Shown: positions 48,612-59,330 of the stretch, piece after piece
How positions within the stretch are numbered: position 1 is the stretch's first letter
How the letters are laid out: the number at the start of each line of letters is the position of its first letter
Position numbers and translations under genes: made by a program
DNA from: a bacterium
GTDB taxonomy: Bacteria; SAR324; NAC60-12
Length of the DNA: 64,000 nt
NCBI GenBank assembly: GCA_965205865.1
Contig: CBDBHR010000028.1
Location: 277,600 to 341,599 of the forward strand
Direction: 5' to 3'
Notes under the pieces: generated by a model
Database searches by the model: none
What the model was told of the DNA's origin: nothing
What the model saw: the letters and a program-made list of their open reading frames with translations, nothing else

Positions 48612-50292
48612 TCAGGCCGTGCGCCAGGAAAGCTGGCAAGAAATAGAGAGTGAAAGTCTCTTACTCGGTAAGGCAGTAACGACCCGCCGAGTCCCCGAGT
48701 CATGAGTGGTTATTCGCAAGGATAGGCGCTAAGCGTTGACAGGGGAGAACATAGGCTCGGTATTGAGCTCCGAAATCATAGTTTCAGGCGCTGACCTTGT
48801 GGTCTGGTGGGGAAGGCAATATCAACCGAAGGCGTTAGCGTGAGTCCCGGCTGAGCCTGGCGGAGTCAAAGACCCGGTGCATGTGTGGAAGTTTCTTGAT
48901 CGGAACCTGGGAGATCCTGAAGACGACTGTCAACATTCTATTGGTAGTCGGATCGGGAAAATTAATAAATAACCCCGATATCTACGTCTTCAGGAAGTCG
49001 GACGAGTTCGTAGTGCGCACTGGGCAGCGCATGATTCAGGTGGGTTCAAGTTCCACTCAGCCTGAGATCCCAGGCTGATATCCAAAAGCGGGGGTAATGC
49101 CTCGCTGGCCGGAATGTTTACCAGGGCGCCATCCTGGGCGCTTTAAGCACAATGGGAGGTCGAAAGGGCCAAATGCACCGAAGTGAACTTCCGGAGGACA
49201 GGGTGTCCACCGTGAGGTGGAATCTGAAGGGTTTGCGGAGAATCACCGGGTCGTAGTCAAGGAGGCTACTCCAGAGACGAACCGGTCGGCCAACAGCAGG
49301 GAATGGTTGAGCTTGCACTATGATGGCGAAAGCAGTTGGATTCCCCCCTGCAATACCAAGGTGTGTGCGGACGACACGGTGAGGAAGAATCATGAGTGAC
49401 CCCAGGAGGACTCAGGGCGTTCTTAGGTGGCACTAGGATAAGGGACCCTATAAGCGAAAGCGAAGTGGAAACCGAAGCGTGTTGAGTAGTCGGACCATCG
49501 AATAGTACCTGAAGCGTAGTGAGAGCTACGTGACCGAGGGATCGGCAGCAGAGTGAGCTGGGGAAGGCGATGGGCAGAGAAGGTTGGAATGAGAAAGGAA
49601 GTCAGATGAGTAAGGACAGTGAGGTGGAAAGTTCGGTAAGTGAAAGACCCAGAACTCATGGCCCGAGGAGACTGGCTGACTGGATCAATCTAACGGGAGC
49701 AAAGAAGGTTCACTCCTTAGTGGACAAGATTTACAAGAAGCTCTCCCCGAAACAAGATTATATGGGGAGTATCGGTTAGTAAATCTGATCTCACTAATTC
49801 CTTCGATTGGTCCCTTCGGCAAACGGACTTCTCTGTGAAAGCCGGATGCGGGAAAACTGCACGTCCGGTTTGGGCGGCGGACGGTGGCTAGCGGAAACGC
49901 GCCTCCTCCGACCCGACAGCGATGAAGCGGCGAACAATGAGATCATTTGTAGAGAGTAACAACGCAAAGGAAATCAACGGAGCCTGTGGAGCAAAGGGAC
50001 TTGGCTGAGAGGAATTCTGCTTGCCTTCCTGTGTTCGGAACTCAGAGGCCGGTAAAATCAGAGAGCGGTTTAAGCAGGGTGCGCCAAACGGCGAATCCGA
50101 ATCAACGTTTGAGCGTCTGACTCGAAGCAGGAGCCGGATGCGTTAGCAGCGCACGTCCGGATCTGTACCGGAGGAATGACGAAAGGTGGCTGGAAACCAC
50201 TATAAGTCAGTTCTTTACGGTGACTTTGATTAAATGAAAAGGGAGCAAAAAAACTAGACTCGTTCTTAATCAAATAATCAAAGGCCTGACCC
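48612..50292 (+). mobile_element. 770-bp repeat copy B/C interrupted by a nested ~905-bp group II intron
   Basis: 48612-49012 matches the 5' 400 bp of copy A. 49921-50292 matches the 3' 370 bp. The intervening 49013-49917 is unique to this copy. Confidence 0.6.
49013..49917 (+). ncRNA. Group II intron (ORF-degenerate) inserted into repeat copy B
   Basis: Starts GUGCGCAC. Near the 3' end is AAGCCGGAUGCGG-gaaaa-CUGCAC-GUCCGGUUU. This gives a domain V with AGC triad, AC bulge and G-U wobble at the triad G, close to the consensus GAGCCGUAUGCGAUGAAAGUCGCACGUACGGUUC. A domain-VI-like helix with a bulged A follows. An internal 69-aa ORF (49570-49779, ...RRLADWINLTGAKKVHSLVDKIYKK...) resembles the N-terminus of intron-encoded reverse transcriptases. 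Boundaries are uncertain to about 5 nt. Confidence 0.6.
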
Positions 50293-50413
50293 CCTTCCTC
50301 ATAATTCCTCCTTGGAAATAATTTTACCCAAAGGGTTGACAAAGGAGGAAACTTATGAGATAATAGAAATTAGTTAATTATTTACCCGCTCGTCTTTCCC
50401 TTGAGCGTTAAAA

Positions 50414-50456
50414 GTAAACGCTATGAAATCTCCAAATTTCATAGCGTTTTTTATTT
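50414..50456 (+). terminator. Rho-independent terminator
   Basis: AAACGCTATGAAAT-ctccaa-ATTTCATAGCGTTT is a 14-bp stem, followed by TTTTATTT. Confidence 0.7.
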
Positions 50457-50590
50457 GTCCGGTCACTCTACAATAAAATACTGAACAATACGAGTCATTT
50501 CTTTATCCTGTTATTCAGCATCTTGTCCTTGTTCAATCGAAGTTGATGCAATCTTAGAGATAGTCAGGCAATGATTACGACCTCTAGCTA

Positions 50591-52460
50591 GACCCTAGCC
50601 GAAAAGGGTTTCGAGAAATAGTAAATGTAACCAATTTGATTCTATTTGATTCTCTATTTGATTCAATATGACGAGAATAACGATTTATTTTGTTTTTTAT
50701 TCGCCCACATGAAACAGTTTTTATAGGGAAAAAATCTTTTTTTGGACATACTTTCCTCGCCCCTGCTCATATTTCACACTTCCCCCATTGAATATTCAGG
50801 CCGCTTGTTTGAGTTGTCTTTTTTTCAACTCAATCATTTTGCAAAAATTATAGGTTAAGAGCTTTTTCCAGCAACTCTGCCCGAACGTTTTCAATCCCTC
50901 TGCGCATAACTTGTCCGAAATGGAAACGATGCTTAAGATGAAACATCAACGACTCTGCAGCAGATCTTCCATTTCGTGATTCCAAATAGATTTCACTTTC
51001 CCATTCTTCAATCGGGGTCATCTTTTTTCCCAAACGCCCCACTAATACTAAAAACCTTAACGCCTTTGCCCATCCACTTTTCTCTGATCGCCTGATTGGC
51101 ATATCCATCATCAAGGCTCACTTCAGAGGGAATGGTGATGGTGCATCGCAAATGTTCAACAAGGGCAGGGTCGAGTTGCCCTGAATCAGCAGCATGGCCC
51201 TCCGGAGTAATTAACACGGAAATAAAACCATTTCCGCTCCTTCCTAATTGAGGCTTATATCCGATAAGCGCTTCTCGATCTCTTTTGAATATAAGCCGAG
51301 CTCTGATCGGAAAGACTCAATACTTTCTCAGTCGAAGGAACCTTCTTTTCTTCAAAAACTCTTTGATGACAGTAGATGATTCCGTTGCAAATTAGAAATA
51401 TCTTCATTCATCATTTCAATGAGGCGAATAACGCGTTTTCCGAGAAGGGGGGAGAAGAGCTTTTTGAGGCACGGTAATAAGGACAGTTTGCGATTTCTTT
51501 TAAAAATTTCCCAAAGCGCTATTGAGCTTTCTCAATAGCGGTCATTTGAAATGTTTTTAAAAGCTTCGTTTTACTGTCCTTTTTACCGTGTCTCAAAAGC
51601 CATCATCCCCCCTTAGAAAAGCTTATTCATCTCCTTGATGAGGAAATCAAAATTTCTTTCACTGATCTCAGCGATTCCAAATGTATCAAGGGAACGCCCT
51701 CGATGGTAGCTTCGCTCCGATCGAGACGAGTCATATTCGAGGGAATCGAGTAGGCCAAGCTGATATTTCCTTTTACAGAGGTGCTATCCAGTTTTTAATA
51801 TCAAAATCGTCCAACTCTTCATCGAGAACCATTCTGAATTCAGAGCAATCGAAAATAAACTGTTGAACTCTCGTTGATGACAGCATTGACCATTATCTGA
51901 AGGAGCCTTGTACTCGATCCCGGCATTGCCAATCCACGGTTGAGCAAAAGCAGATGCAAAGTGTGATTGACTCTGAAAGAATTATTTGGGCCGTTTGGGA
52001 TTTGATACTTCCTAAATGATCCCCGAATCATGATAAAAAGGTAAACTAAAAAAGCCGAATCCGAGGACAGATCTATTTCCAGTCCTGAGTTCTTCGGCTT
52101 CAATTCCTCATCTTCCATTACGGGAAGATGAGGAAGCCATGGATTCCGGGCTTCCTGCCAGTTTATCCTCTAAACGCTCTTTCTTTTTATTTCTTGCGTA
52201 TTTCTCCAAATCCTGTTCAATTTTGTCCAATATCTCCGGCTCTCGCTCAGACAATTGATCAAGTTCTGATAAGAAATTTTCAAATTCTGTATCAGGAGCG
52301 CTTAAAATAAGATGTTTTTCTGCTCGAATGAATGGTTTCATTTTGGGTGCCATAATTCTTAATATTGAAGTTATTCACAGTCATTTCAATGAATTATGGC
52401 ACTTTCAATAACCTCAAGTTTAAAGATATAATTCTAAAAAATACCTTTTCGGCTAGGATC
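50591..52460 (-). mobile_element. IS copy 1 (same family as 59323-61154), transposase pseudogenised
   Basis: Same TIRs (GACCCTAGCCGAAAAGG ... CCTTTTCGGCTAGGATC). TAGCTA is present on both flanks, consistent with a 6-bp TSD. The transposase frame is broken into at least 4 pieces (ORFs 50848-51114, 51008-51217, 51840-52118, 52108-52353) by indels. Confidence 0.7.
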
Positions 52461-52835
52461 TAGCTAAGTAATCCCGTAGAACTTTATCACAATATCACGC
52501 AATTTTCTGTGAATTGTTCCCAAGTATTAAGAAAAATGTAGGATCCCAGTCATTTCTTTACGATCTGGCACATATATTGCCTTGTTGACAACTCCTGTAT
52601 AATATTCTGCATTTGTAAACCCTCAAAAGGATAAAATATAAGGATCACAAAAAACTATAAGGGGTGACATGACAGAAAAAAAAATTACAAAAATTAAAAT
52701 TCATAATATGCCATTCGGAGGATTTTGGATTGATCCCAAAGACATCATCTTAAGTGATGAAGGTCAAAAAATAATCAAGCAAATAGCAAAAATATCTATT
52801 AAAAAAACTAAAGATAAATCTGAAGATTAAAACAA

Positions 52836-53534
52836 ATGGGATTCGGATTATTTTTTCTCTCTTTGCTGGGAGGATACATATTCAATAGATGGTGCAAACT
52901 AACCTCTTACTTCATTTATCGAGATACCGGTTACAATCTACTTTTCAAATCAGCATCAACTGGTGCTATATTAGCAATTATTTCTTACTTCATAATTCAA
53001 GGCTTCAATTTATCTCAATATAATATTTATGAATTAGAAAGAAACTTAGACATACCCAAATATACAATACTCTCTCTTCTATCATTTTTATTAGGACCAA
53101 TTTTATCAACACTCATCAATTCATTGAGTAAAATTAAAGAGATTGAAAAAAAAGCAATCTACAAATCCGAAAATTGGTTAGAAATATTATTCAGAGAATC
53201 TTCTGAAAATGGATTATTAATTGAGGTAACTCTAGAAAACGAGAAAGTATATGTGGGATGGATAATAAAAACTACCGATCCACGATTTAACAGACAATAT
53301 TTTCAAATGCAGCTCATCTTAAGTGGATACCGAAACGATGAACTCAAAATAGAATTCACCACCAATTATGCGAGTGTCTACAACAAATTAAATAAGTTGA
53401 TAGAAGAACAAAAAATACAAATCAATGAACAAATTCCAGACTTTAAAATAATTATCTCTATCTCATCCTTAAGAAGCGCCAGACCGTTCAACTACGAAAT
53501 ATACGAATTATTTGAAAATTTACATAATGAATAA
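52836..53534 (+). CDS. Hypothetical membrane protein (AT-rich island)
   Basis: 232 aa with 3-4 N-terminal TM helices and a soluble C-terminal domain. GC is about 30%. It is preceded by an unlisted 53-aa ORF at 52669-52830 (MTEKKITKIKIHNMPFGGFWIDPKDIILSDEGQKIIKQIAKISIKKTKDKSED). Confidence 0.35.
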   Translation: MGFGLFFLSLLGGYIFNRWCKLTSYFIYRDTGYNLLFKSASTGAILAIISYFIIQGFNLSQYNIYELERNLDIPKYTILSLLSFLLGPILSTLINSLSKIKEIEKKAIYKSENWLEILFRESSENGLLIEVTLENEKVYVGWIIKTTDPRFNRQYFQMQLILSGYRNDELKIEFTTNYASVYNKLNKLIEEQKIQINEQIPDFKIIISISSLRSARPFNYEIYELFENLHNE

Positions 53535-53639
53535 ATCCCTAAATCTCCAACCGGCCGAAGCCATATAAGCCGTGAATTTCAAACTAACTCGACGCCTTCA
53601 AAAAGGCGCCATTGCAACCATAAATGTGAGCAATGTGCT

Positions 53640-54050
53640 ATGAAAAAGATTATTTTTTGTTTAACTATATTTGTGTGTTTTAATTTATTCTTTTCACCAG
53701 TTGTTTTATCGAACCCTAAAAAATTATGCTCAGATGTACTAGAGAGTCTTGGTTATAAACTGTTGTCCTATTCTTTTAAAAAAAAAGGTCTCGTCGCAAG
53801 AGAAAGACATACATTTAATGGCGATTTGTTTTGTTACATAGATAGTGGGGGGAATATTCACTCCATAAAAGACAATAAAATTTTAATTGCCGAGGATGGA
53901 TTCTATGGACAATCTGCTCTAGAAGAACGAGATATATTAGATGCCGCACGAGAAGTTGCCATTAAACTGGCAAAGGGAAAGATCAACCAGGAATATAAGA
54001 CAAAATTACAAGTTGTGAGAAAGAAGTCCAGACCTGAAAAATGGGATTAA
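53640..54050 (+). CDS. Hypothetical secreted protein
   Basis: Signal peptide MKKIIFCLTIFVCFNLFFSPVVLS. 136 aa. No family recognised. Confidence 0.35.
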   Translation: MKKIIFCLTIFVCFNLFFSPVVLSNPKKLCSDVLESLGYKLLSYSFKKKGLVARERHTFNGDLFCYIDSGGNIHSIKDNKILIAEDGFYGQSALEERDILDAAREVAIKLAKGKINQEYKTKLQVVRKKSRPEKWD

Positions 54051-54178
54051 TATTATGGGAGCATCACAAAAAATATCCACCGCATATCGTAGGTGCTATG
54101 CGGTTCAGATAAGCCCCTAAATACATCATTCCGTTAAATTTTAACCTTTTTCAATTTGCGAGATATATTAGATGCAAG

Positions 54179-54391
54179 ATGTCTCGGAAAACGCGTTTGT
54201 ACGACCCTGGTACGCTTTGTCATGTGCTTCGAGGCAATGGGGACCAACGTATTTTTTTCGATGACAGCGACTCTCGTAGCCTTTATCAGTCTTCGATTGG
54301 AAATCTGCAACAATTCGGGAAGTGGCAAATGCTCTCAATCGAGATGATGCTACTTTCAGTCGTGGAGTGCATAAGTTGTGAGAAAGATTGA
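54179..54391 (+). pseudogene. REP-associated tyrosine transposase (RAYT / IS200-like Y1) N-terminal fragment
   Basis: MSRKTRLYDPGTLCHVLRGNGDQRIFFDDSDSRSLYQ matches the RAYT N-terminus (R.PR...PG.lyHV..RGN.rq.IF.DD.D). The ORF ends after 70 aa, before the catalytic Tyr region. A REP-like hairpin ACCGCATA-tcgtaggtgc-TATGCGGT is at 54078-54104, directly upstream. Confidence 0.5.
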
Positions 54392-54728
54392 AGGAATCCA
54401 CAAATCTCCAAAAGCGGTTAAAAAAACTTAACCTAAAAATGTTTTCTTAAATTCGCAAACTTGCAAGCCTGACCCCCTCACAAAAATGCAGTTTTCAAAC
54501 CATTCTCAACCATTTCCCAATCATACTCGATTCCATCTATTTGATTAAGAGAGTTTCCCTGACTTTTAATCTTGTCATGAGAATCGACGGAATTAAATGG
54601 ATTGATGCAAACAATTGAGCCTACACCAGCAAGTATATGTTGAATAATAGCATTCATATTTGTCTCCAAAGTTACTGAGTCTTATCTAACGATTTTTGAA
54701 GATAGTCAATTTAACCTATTAATATTTA

Positions 54729-55292
54729 GTGATGGAAGCCATGCTCATTGATCATCAACGTGAAAAATTGATTAATCTAATCATATACTTTGCTACCCAT
54801 ACTAAACGATTTCATAAAGTAAAGTTATTCAAACTTCTATATTTTTTAGATTTTGAACATTATTCTTTAACAGGCCGAAATGTCACTGGATTAGATTACT
54901 ATGCTTGGGATAATGGGCCATGTCCAAAAGATCTACATGAAGAAATTGATGATCCTCGATCAGATATGAAAGAGAGTATCACATTTAGTTCAATTTCATA
55001 CAAGAATGGAGATAGGTTAGATATCAAGCCACTTAAAAAATTTGACCCAAAACATTTCTCAAAGAGAGAGCTTCGCATTTTAGAAGGACTTGCAGAAGAA
55101 TATAAAAATACCTTAGCAAAAGATATGATTGAAGAGACTCACTTAGAGAATCTTCCTTGGCATCAAATTTATAATGTGCAGAAAAATAAATATGCGCATA
55201 TCCCATATGAACTTACACTCAAAAGGCAAGAACAAGAGGAGATGAAACAATATATCGAGGGAACCCGTGATTTTTGGCAGGGATATGAATGA
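54729..55292 (+). CDS. Panacea-domain (DUF4065, SocA-like) putative antitoxin
   Basis: ...KVKLFKLLYFLDFEHYSLTGRNVTGLDYYAWDNGPCPKDLHEEI... matches the K.LYF.D...........G......Y.AW..GPV core of the Panacea domain. Confidence 0.6.
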   Translation: MMEAMLIDHQREKLINLIIYFATHTKRFHKVKLFKLLYFLDFEHYSLTGRNVTGLDYYAWDNGPCPKDLHEEIDDPRSDMKESITFSSISYKNGDRLDIKPLKKFDPKHFSKRELRILEGLAEEYKNTLAKDMIEETHLENLPWHQIYNVQKNKYAHIPYELTLKRQEQEEMKQYIEGTRDFWQGYE

Positions 55293-55705
55293 CACCGGGT
55301 TCAATTCTACTCGATAGAAAATATGCTTTCCAGTCAGGAGATTCTGGCCAGAAATTTGTTATTGTACTGAATGATGGAAGTGATTATCCTTACATTATAG
55401 TAAGAACTACCTCTCAACAAAAAAATAGAGGAACAATCTTTGGATGTCAGTCAAACGATAGATTCCCCAATTTTTTCCTTCCTCAAGGCAGTTGTTATTT
55501 TTCTAAACATACTTGGATACAATTAGAGGATTTTCGTGAGTTTCACATTGGTGACTTGCTTGATAAATTAAAGGCAGGTGAAATATTCAGAGCAGCAGAG
55601 CTTCCAAAAGACCTCACTATTAAGCTCTTAAGATGTGCTATATCATGTGATGATATTAGCCATGCACAAGCAGGAATTCTTCAAAAAATTCTAGCTATAC
55701 TGTGA
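55289..55705 (+). CDS. Putative toxin partner of the Panacea-domain protein (unassigned; weak PemK/MazF-like beta pattern)
   Basis: Its start codon overlaps the upstream stop (ATGA), implying translational coupling. 138 aa. No confident family match. Confidence 0.35.
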   Translation: MTPGSILLDRKYAFQSGDSGQKFVIVLNDGSDYPYIIVRTTSQQKNRGTIFGCQSNDRFPNFFLPQGSCYFSKHTWIQLEDFREFHIGDLLDKLKAGEIFRAAELPKDLTIKLLRCAISCDDISHAQAGILQKILAIL

Positions 55706-55918
55706 ACGGATGTTTTCTTCATTTTTTGTCATCCTGTGGGAACCGAATGATCTTCTTGATTCCCATGAGTTTCTTGCTTAGGTAGCCCCCTTAGCTCAGA
55801 ATGACAGGTTTTTTGAAAAGTGAAATTTAAACCCGTTCAGAGTATAATCTTGAACAGTAATTTGAAATGTAATCAGAACAAAACGCTTCATCTGACTTAC
55901 ACCAAGAATATAGAAAGG

Positions 55919-56698
55919 GGTCAGGCTGTGCGCCAGGAAAGCTGGCAAGAAATAGAGAGTGAAAGTCTCTTACTCGGTAAGGCAGTAACGACCCGCCGAG
56001 TCCCCGAGTCATGAGTGGTTATTCGCAAGGATAGGCGCTAAGCGTTGACAGGGGAGAACATAGGCTCGGTATTGAGCTCCGAAATCATAGTTTCAAGTGC
56101 TGACCTTGTAGTCTGGTGGGGAAGGCAACATCAACCGAAGGCGTTAGCGTGAGTCCCGGTCGAGCCTGGCGGAGTCAAAGACCCGGCGCATGTGTGGAAG
56201 TTTCTTGATCGGAACCTGGGAGATCCTGAAGACGACTGTCAACATTCTATTGGTAGTCGGATCGGGAAAATTAATAAATAACCCCGATATCTACGTCTTC
56301 AGGAAGTCGGACAAGTTCGTAGTAGCGATGAAGCGGCGAACAATGAGATCATTTGTAGAGAGTAACAATGCAAAGGAAATCAACGGAGCCTGTGGAGCAA
56401 AGGGACTTGGCTGAGAGGAATTCTGCTTGCCCTCCTGTGTTCGGAACTCAGAGGCCGGTAAAATCAGAGAGCGGTTCAAGCAGGGTGCGCCAAACGGCAA
56501 TCCGAATCAACGTTTGAGCGTCTGACTCGAAGCAGGAGCCGGATGCGTTAGCAGCGCACGTCCGGATCTGTACCGGAGGAATGACGAAAGGTGGCTGGAA
56601 ACCACTATAAATCAGTTCTTTACGGTGACTTTGATTAAATGAAAAGGGAGCAAAAAACTGGACTCGTTCCTAATCAAATAATTAAAGGCCTGACCCCT
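55919..56698 (+). mobile_element. ~770-bp group-II-intron-like repeat, copy D
   Basis: Full-length copy, same orientation. It ends 28 bp upstream of the start codon of the 56727 lipoprotein gene. The 12-bp CTGACCCCTTTT is tandemly duplicated at the 3' junction. Confidence 0.5.
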
Positions 56699-56726
56699 TT
56701 TCTGACCCCTTTTTAGGAGAGCAGTT

Positions 56727-57917
56727 ATGCGTAAGCCTAATTTGAATAAAGTACGGAATTATTCAAATCGATGTTTGTTTGCTCTTATTTTTCTATCAGT
56801 TTTGAGCAGTTGCGACAGACTTAAAAACTTGGCCGGGCAACCGGAATCCGTATATGTTCAGCAAATTGAAGCCCTCTCCGCTCGGTTGAACGCGCTCGAA
56901 AGCGTGATTCAGCAACAGATACCTGTCTTGCAACAGATACGTGAAAACGTTACCCCGGCCGAGATATCCCCGCAGTGGGAGAATCAGCTCGAGCAACTGG
57001 AAAGCCAGCTTGCAAGCAGCGATAAATGGCCAAAGGATGCTGGTGAAGCAGGACAATTTTTCGAACAAACATCCAAACTCGTCACCGGTCTGCCGGTTTG
57101 GGCCGAGGCGAAGTACCTCCCGCGGCTTTCCGTGGTCCGTTGGGCTGCGATGTCTTTCAACAGTCTCAATCACCCGCGAGATGATAGCCAGTCTCTGGAT
57201 CAACTCGAACAACTCATCGACGGCATGCGCGATCTGGCTGATGTCAGTCCCGAGGGAGGTTCAGTGGATCTGGTTAGGCGATTGCGCGAAAATGCCGTAG
57301 AAATTGAGGACAAGACTACCAGACGGAGGGTCAAAGAAGTTGTTGAACAGGCGATTCAATACGTGGGAGATATCCCGGCTGACACTACAGATATTGCCGG
57401 CCTTTACGAGTTTCTGGAGTTGTATGAGAAGGACAATGATCATGCTGACGTCATCGATGTCGATGTCTCAGCCCTGCGGAAAAAGTTGTATGAAAAAATT
57501 GTAACACGTCAAGCCAATGACCGGGCAGCCAGTCTGCGCTCTCAATGGAAGAACGTAAAAGAATTGGCAAATGATCAACCTCAACCAGCGGTTTATGAAG
57601 TTGCCACCAGGACGCTGCTTCAACAGGTGATGTCAGCCCAGGCGGCCCTTGTTCTGGAAAGTATCGAGACACCAGTCTACAACGAGTTGCAGAAAGAACT
57701 ACGCGCTGCTGTGGAGACAATTGAATCCCAAGCTGAAGAGCGTCAAGCACTGGCCATGCGCGACTATCAACGCTGGGCCCTTGAGAAAATCAAGGTCTTT
57801 GAGGACCTCGAATATCAGGCGATCTCGGAAAAAGCGGACGATGAAGCCGATCGATGGCGCTGCGACGTGATGATGGCGGATGGATTGACTACTATCTGGA
57901 AGTTCAAGAAGCCATGA
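56727..57917 (+). CDS. Coiled-coil lipoprotein
   Basis: Lipobox LSSC after a signal peptide. Long Gln/Glu-rich helical protein of 396 aa. A short in-frame-shifted continuation (57917-58093) suggests possible frameshift or readthrough. Confidence 0.45.
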   Translation: MRKPNLNKVRNYSNRCLFALIFLSVLSSCDRLKNLAGQPESVYVQQIEALSARLNALESVIQQQIPVLQQIRENVTPAEISPQWENQLEQLESQLASSDKWPKDAGEAGQFFEQTSKLVTGLPVWAEAKYLPRLSVVRWAAMSFNSLNHPRDDSQSLDQLEQLIDGMRDLADVSPEGGSVDLVRRLRENAVEIEDKTTRRRVKEVVEQAIQYVGDIPADTTDIAGLYEFLELYEKDNDHADVIDVDVSALRKKLYEKIVTRQANDRAASLRSQWKNVKELANDQPQPAVYEVATRTLLQQVMSAQAALVLESIETPVYNELQKELRAAVETIESQAEERQALAMRDYQRWALEKIKVFEDLEYQAISEKADDEADRWRCDVMMADGLTTIWKFKKP

Positions 57918-58095
57918 TCAAGCATCTCCTGCCAATCAACGTTGTTTTATTGGATCTGCCCGTTCAAGAACGCTACCATCAAGCATTTCAAACAGGGTGG
58001 AAGAAATTGGATGGACGTGAAAATCAGACAACCGTGGCGGTATCTTCTGCTACCACCAAGAAGAAATCGCTCCGGGACATTCTGGAGGAATAATC

Positions 58096-59330
58096 ATGAG
58101 AATCCGTCAGATTACGAGCATCACGATCTTGTTGCTGTTGGCTGCAACGGCTTCTAATCTCGTTTGGGCTCTCACCCCCACTTCATCAATGGAGTTGCCC
58201 CTGACGCAGGGGGAGCAGGCCGCAAGACTCTGGCGGATTGCCAGTGCGGAGGTCGCTCGCAAGCTCTATCCGACTTTCGGTAGAGACGATCGAACCAAAG
58301 TTTTATTACCAGCGCAACTATCGCCTCCTGTGGATTGAAGCAACCCTCAATCAACGGATACTGTTGGCAGAAAAGATTGGTGTTACAAGGTGCCGCCAGG
58401 TTCGCTGCGGAACGAGGTTGGATTAAGATACTCGGTTTTCGGTATCGTGGCATCCAACAAGGGCCAGACTCCGTGTATTGGGATCAACGATCAGGTCGTC
58501 TCCGCGTACTGGAAGCGAAAGGAGGAACTGCCAAACCAATAAAGGCTTTCAATAGCTTGCAGGGTACGAATAAAAACGCGATCAGGTCTGCTAGATTTGT
58601 TCTTCGGTCATTAAAAGCAACCCTTATGGAAAAACATGCGGCTGCACTTGTAATTGTGGCTGCTCAGCAGGGTCGACTCGTTACAGGTGTAATAAATACT
58701 CTTCACAAGTTGGGAACTCCGGACACCCCCAAGCTGGCAGGCAATTGGGATTACGATTATGTAGGAAGGGAAGCAAGCACGATCGAGCAGAAATTAATCC
58801 GTAATAAACCCGAGGTTCGATCAGTCTTTCGGCATGCGCATAAGGAGCAATCATTTGCCATGCTGAAATACTGGGAAACCCGAAGACCGGCGAACATTGG
58901 ATTTGCTAGGAATGCGTACCAGCAGTCACTGATTGCCTGGTCCAAGTTCAACAATCCTCCCCTGAAAGGAAACGTTTTACCCTACATAAGGACTGGCTCG
59001 TCGATTCACAGAATAACACAGTCAACTACTCAACCAGGTATTTTGAGACTTTCCAAGGAGGGAGTTAGTAAGTTTGCCGGCAGATTGATTCTACCGGTCA
59101 TCCTTGGTGTGGAGGGATTACAATTTGCCATAGCATATCACCAATACGGCTTGGGTCGTATCAGTCAGCGTGATTTCTACCGTCGCACTACCGGACCCGC
59201 GATCGTCGCGGTTTTCACAGTCGGCGGAGCTATAGTTGGTGGGATTATTGGAATGCAAGGCGGAGGGATCACGGCAATCCCAGTTGCCTACACTGGTGCC
59301 AAAATAGGCGCGATCCTAGCTAGACCCTAG
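58096..59330 (+). pseudogene. Secreted protein with C-terminal glycine-zipper membrane segment, likely disrupted (frame changes near 58240-58340) and 3'-truncated by IS
   Basis: The signal peptide ORF (58096-58338), a third-frame ORF (58238-58426) and the main ORF (58335-59330) each continue plausible protein sequence across overlaps. The last two codons and the stop (AGA CCC TAG) lie inside the IS left end. The C-terminus GAIVGGIIGMQGGGITAIPVAYTGAKIGAIL is a Gly-zipper. Confidence 0.35.
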
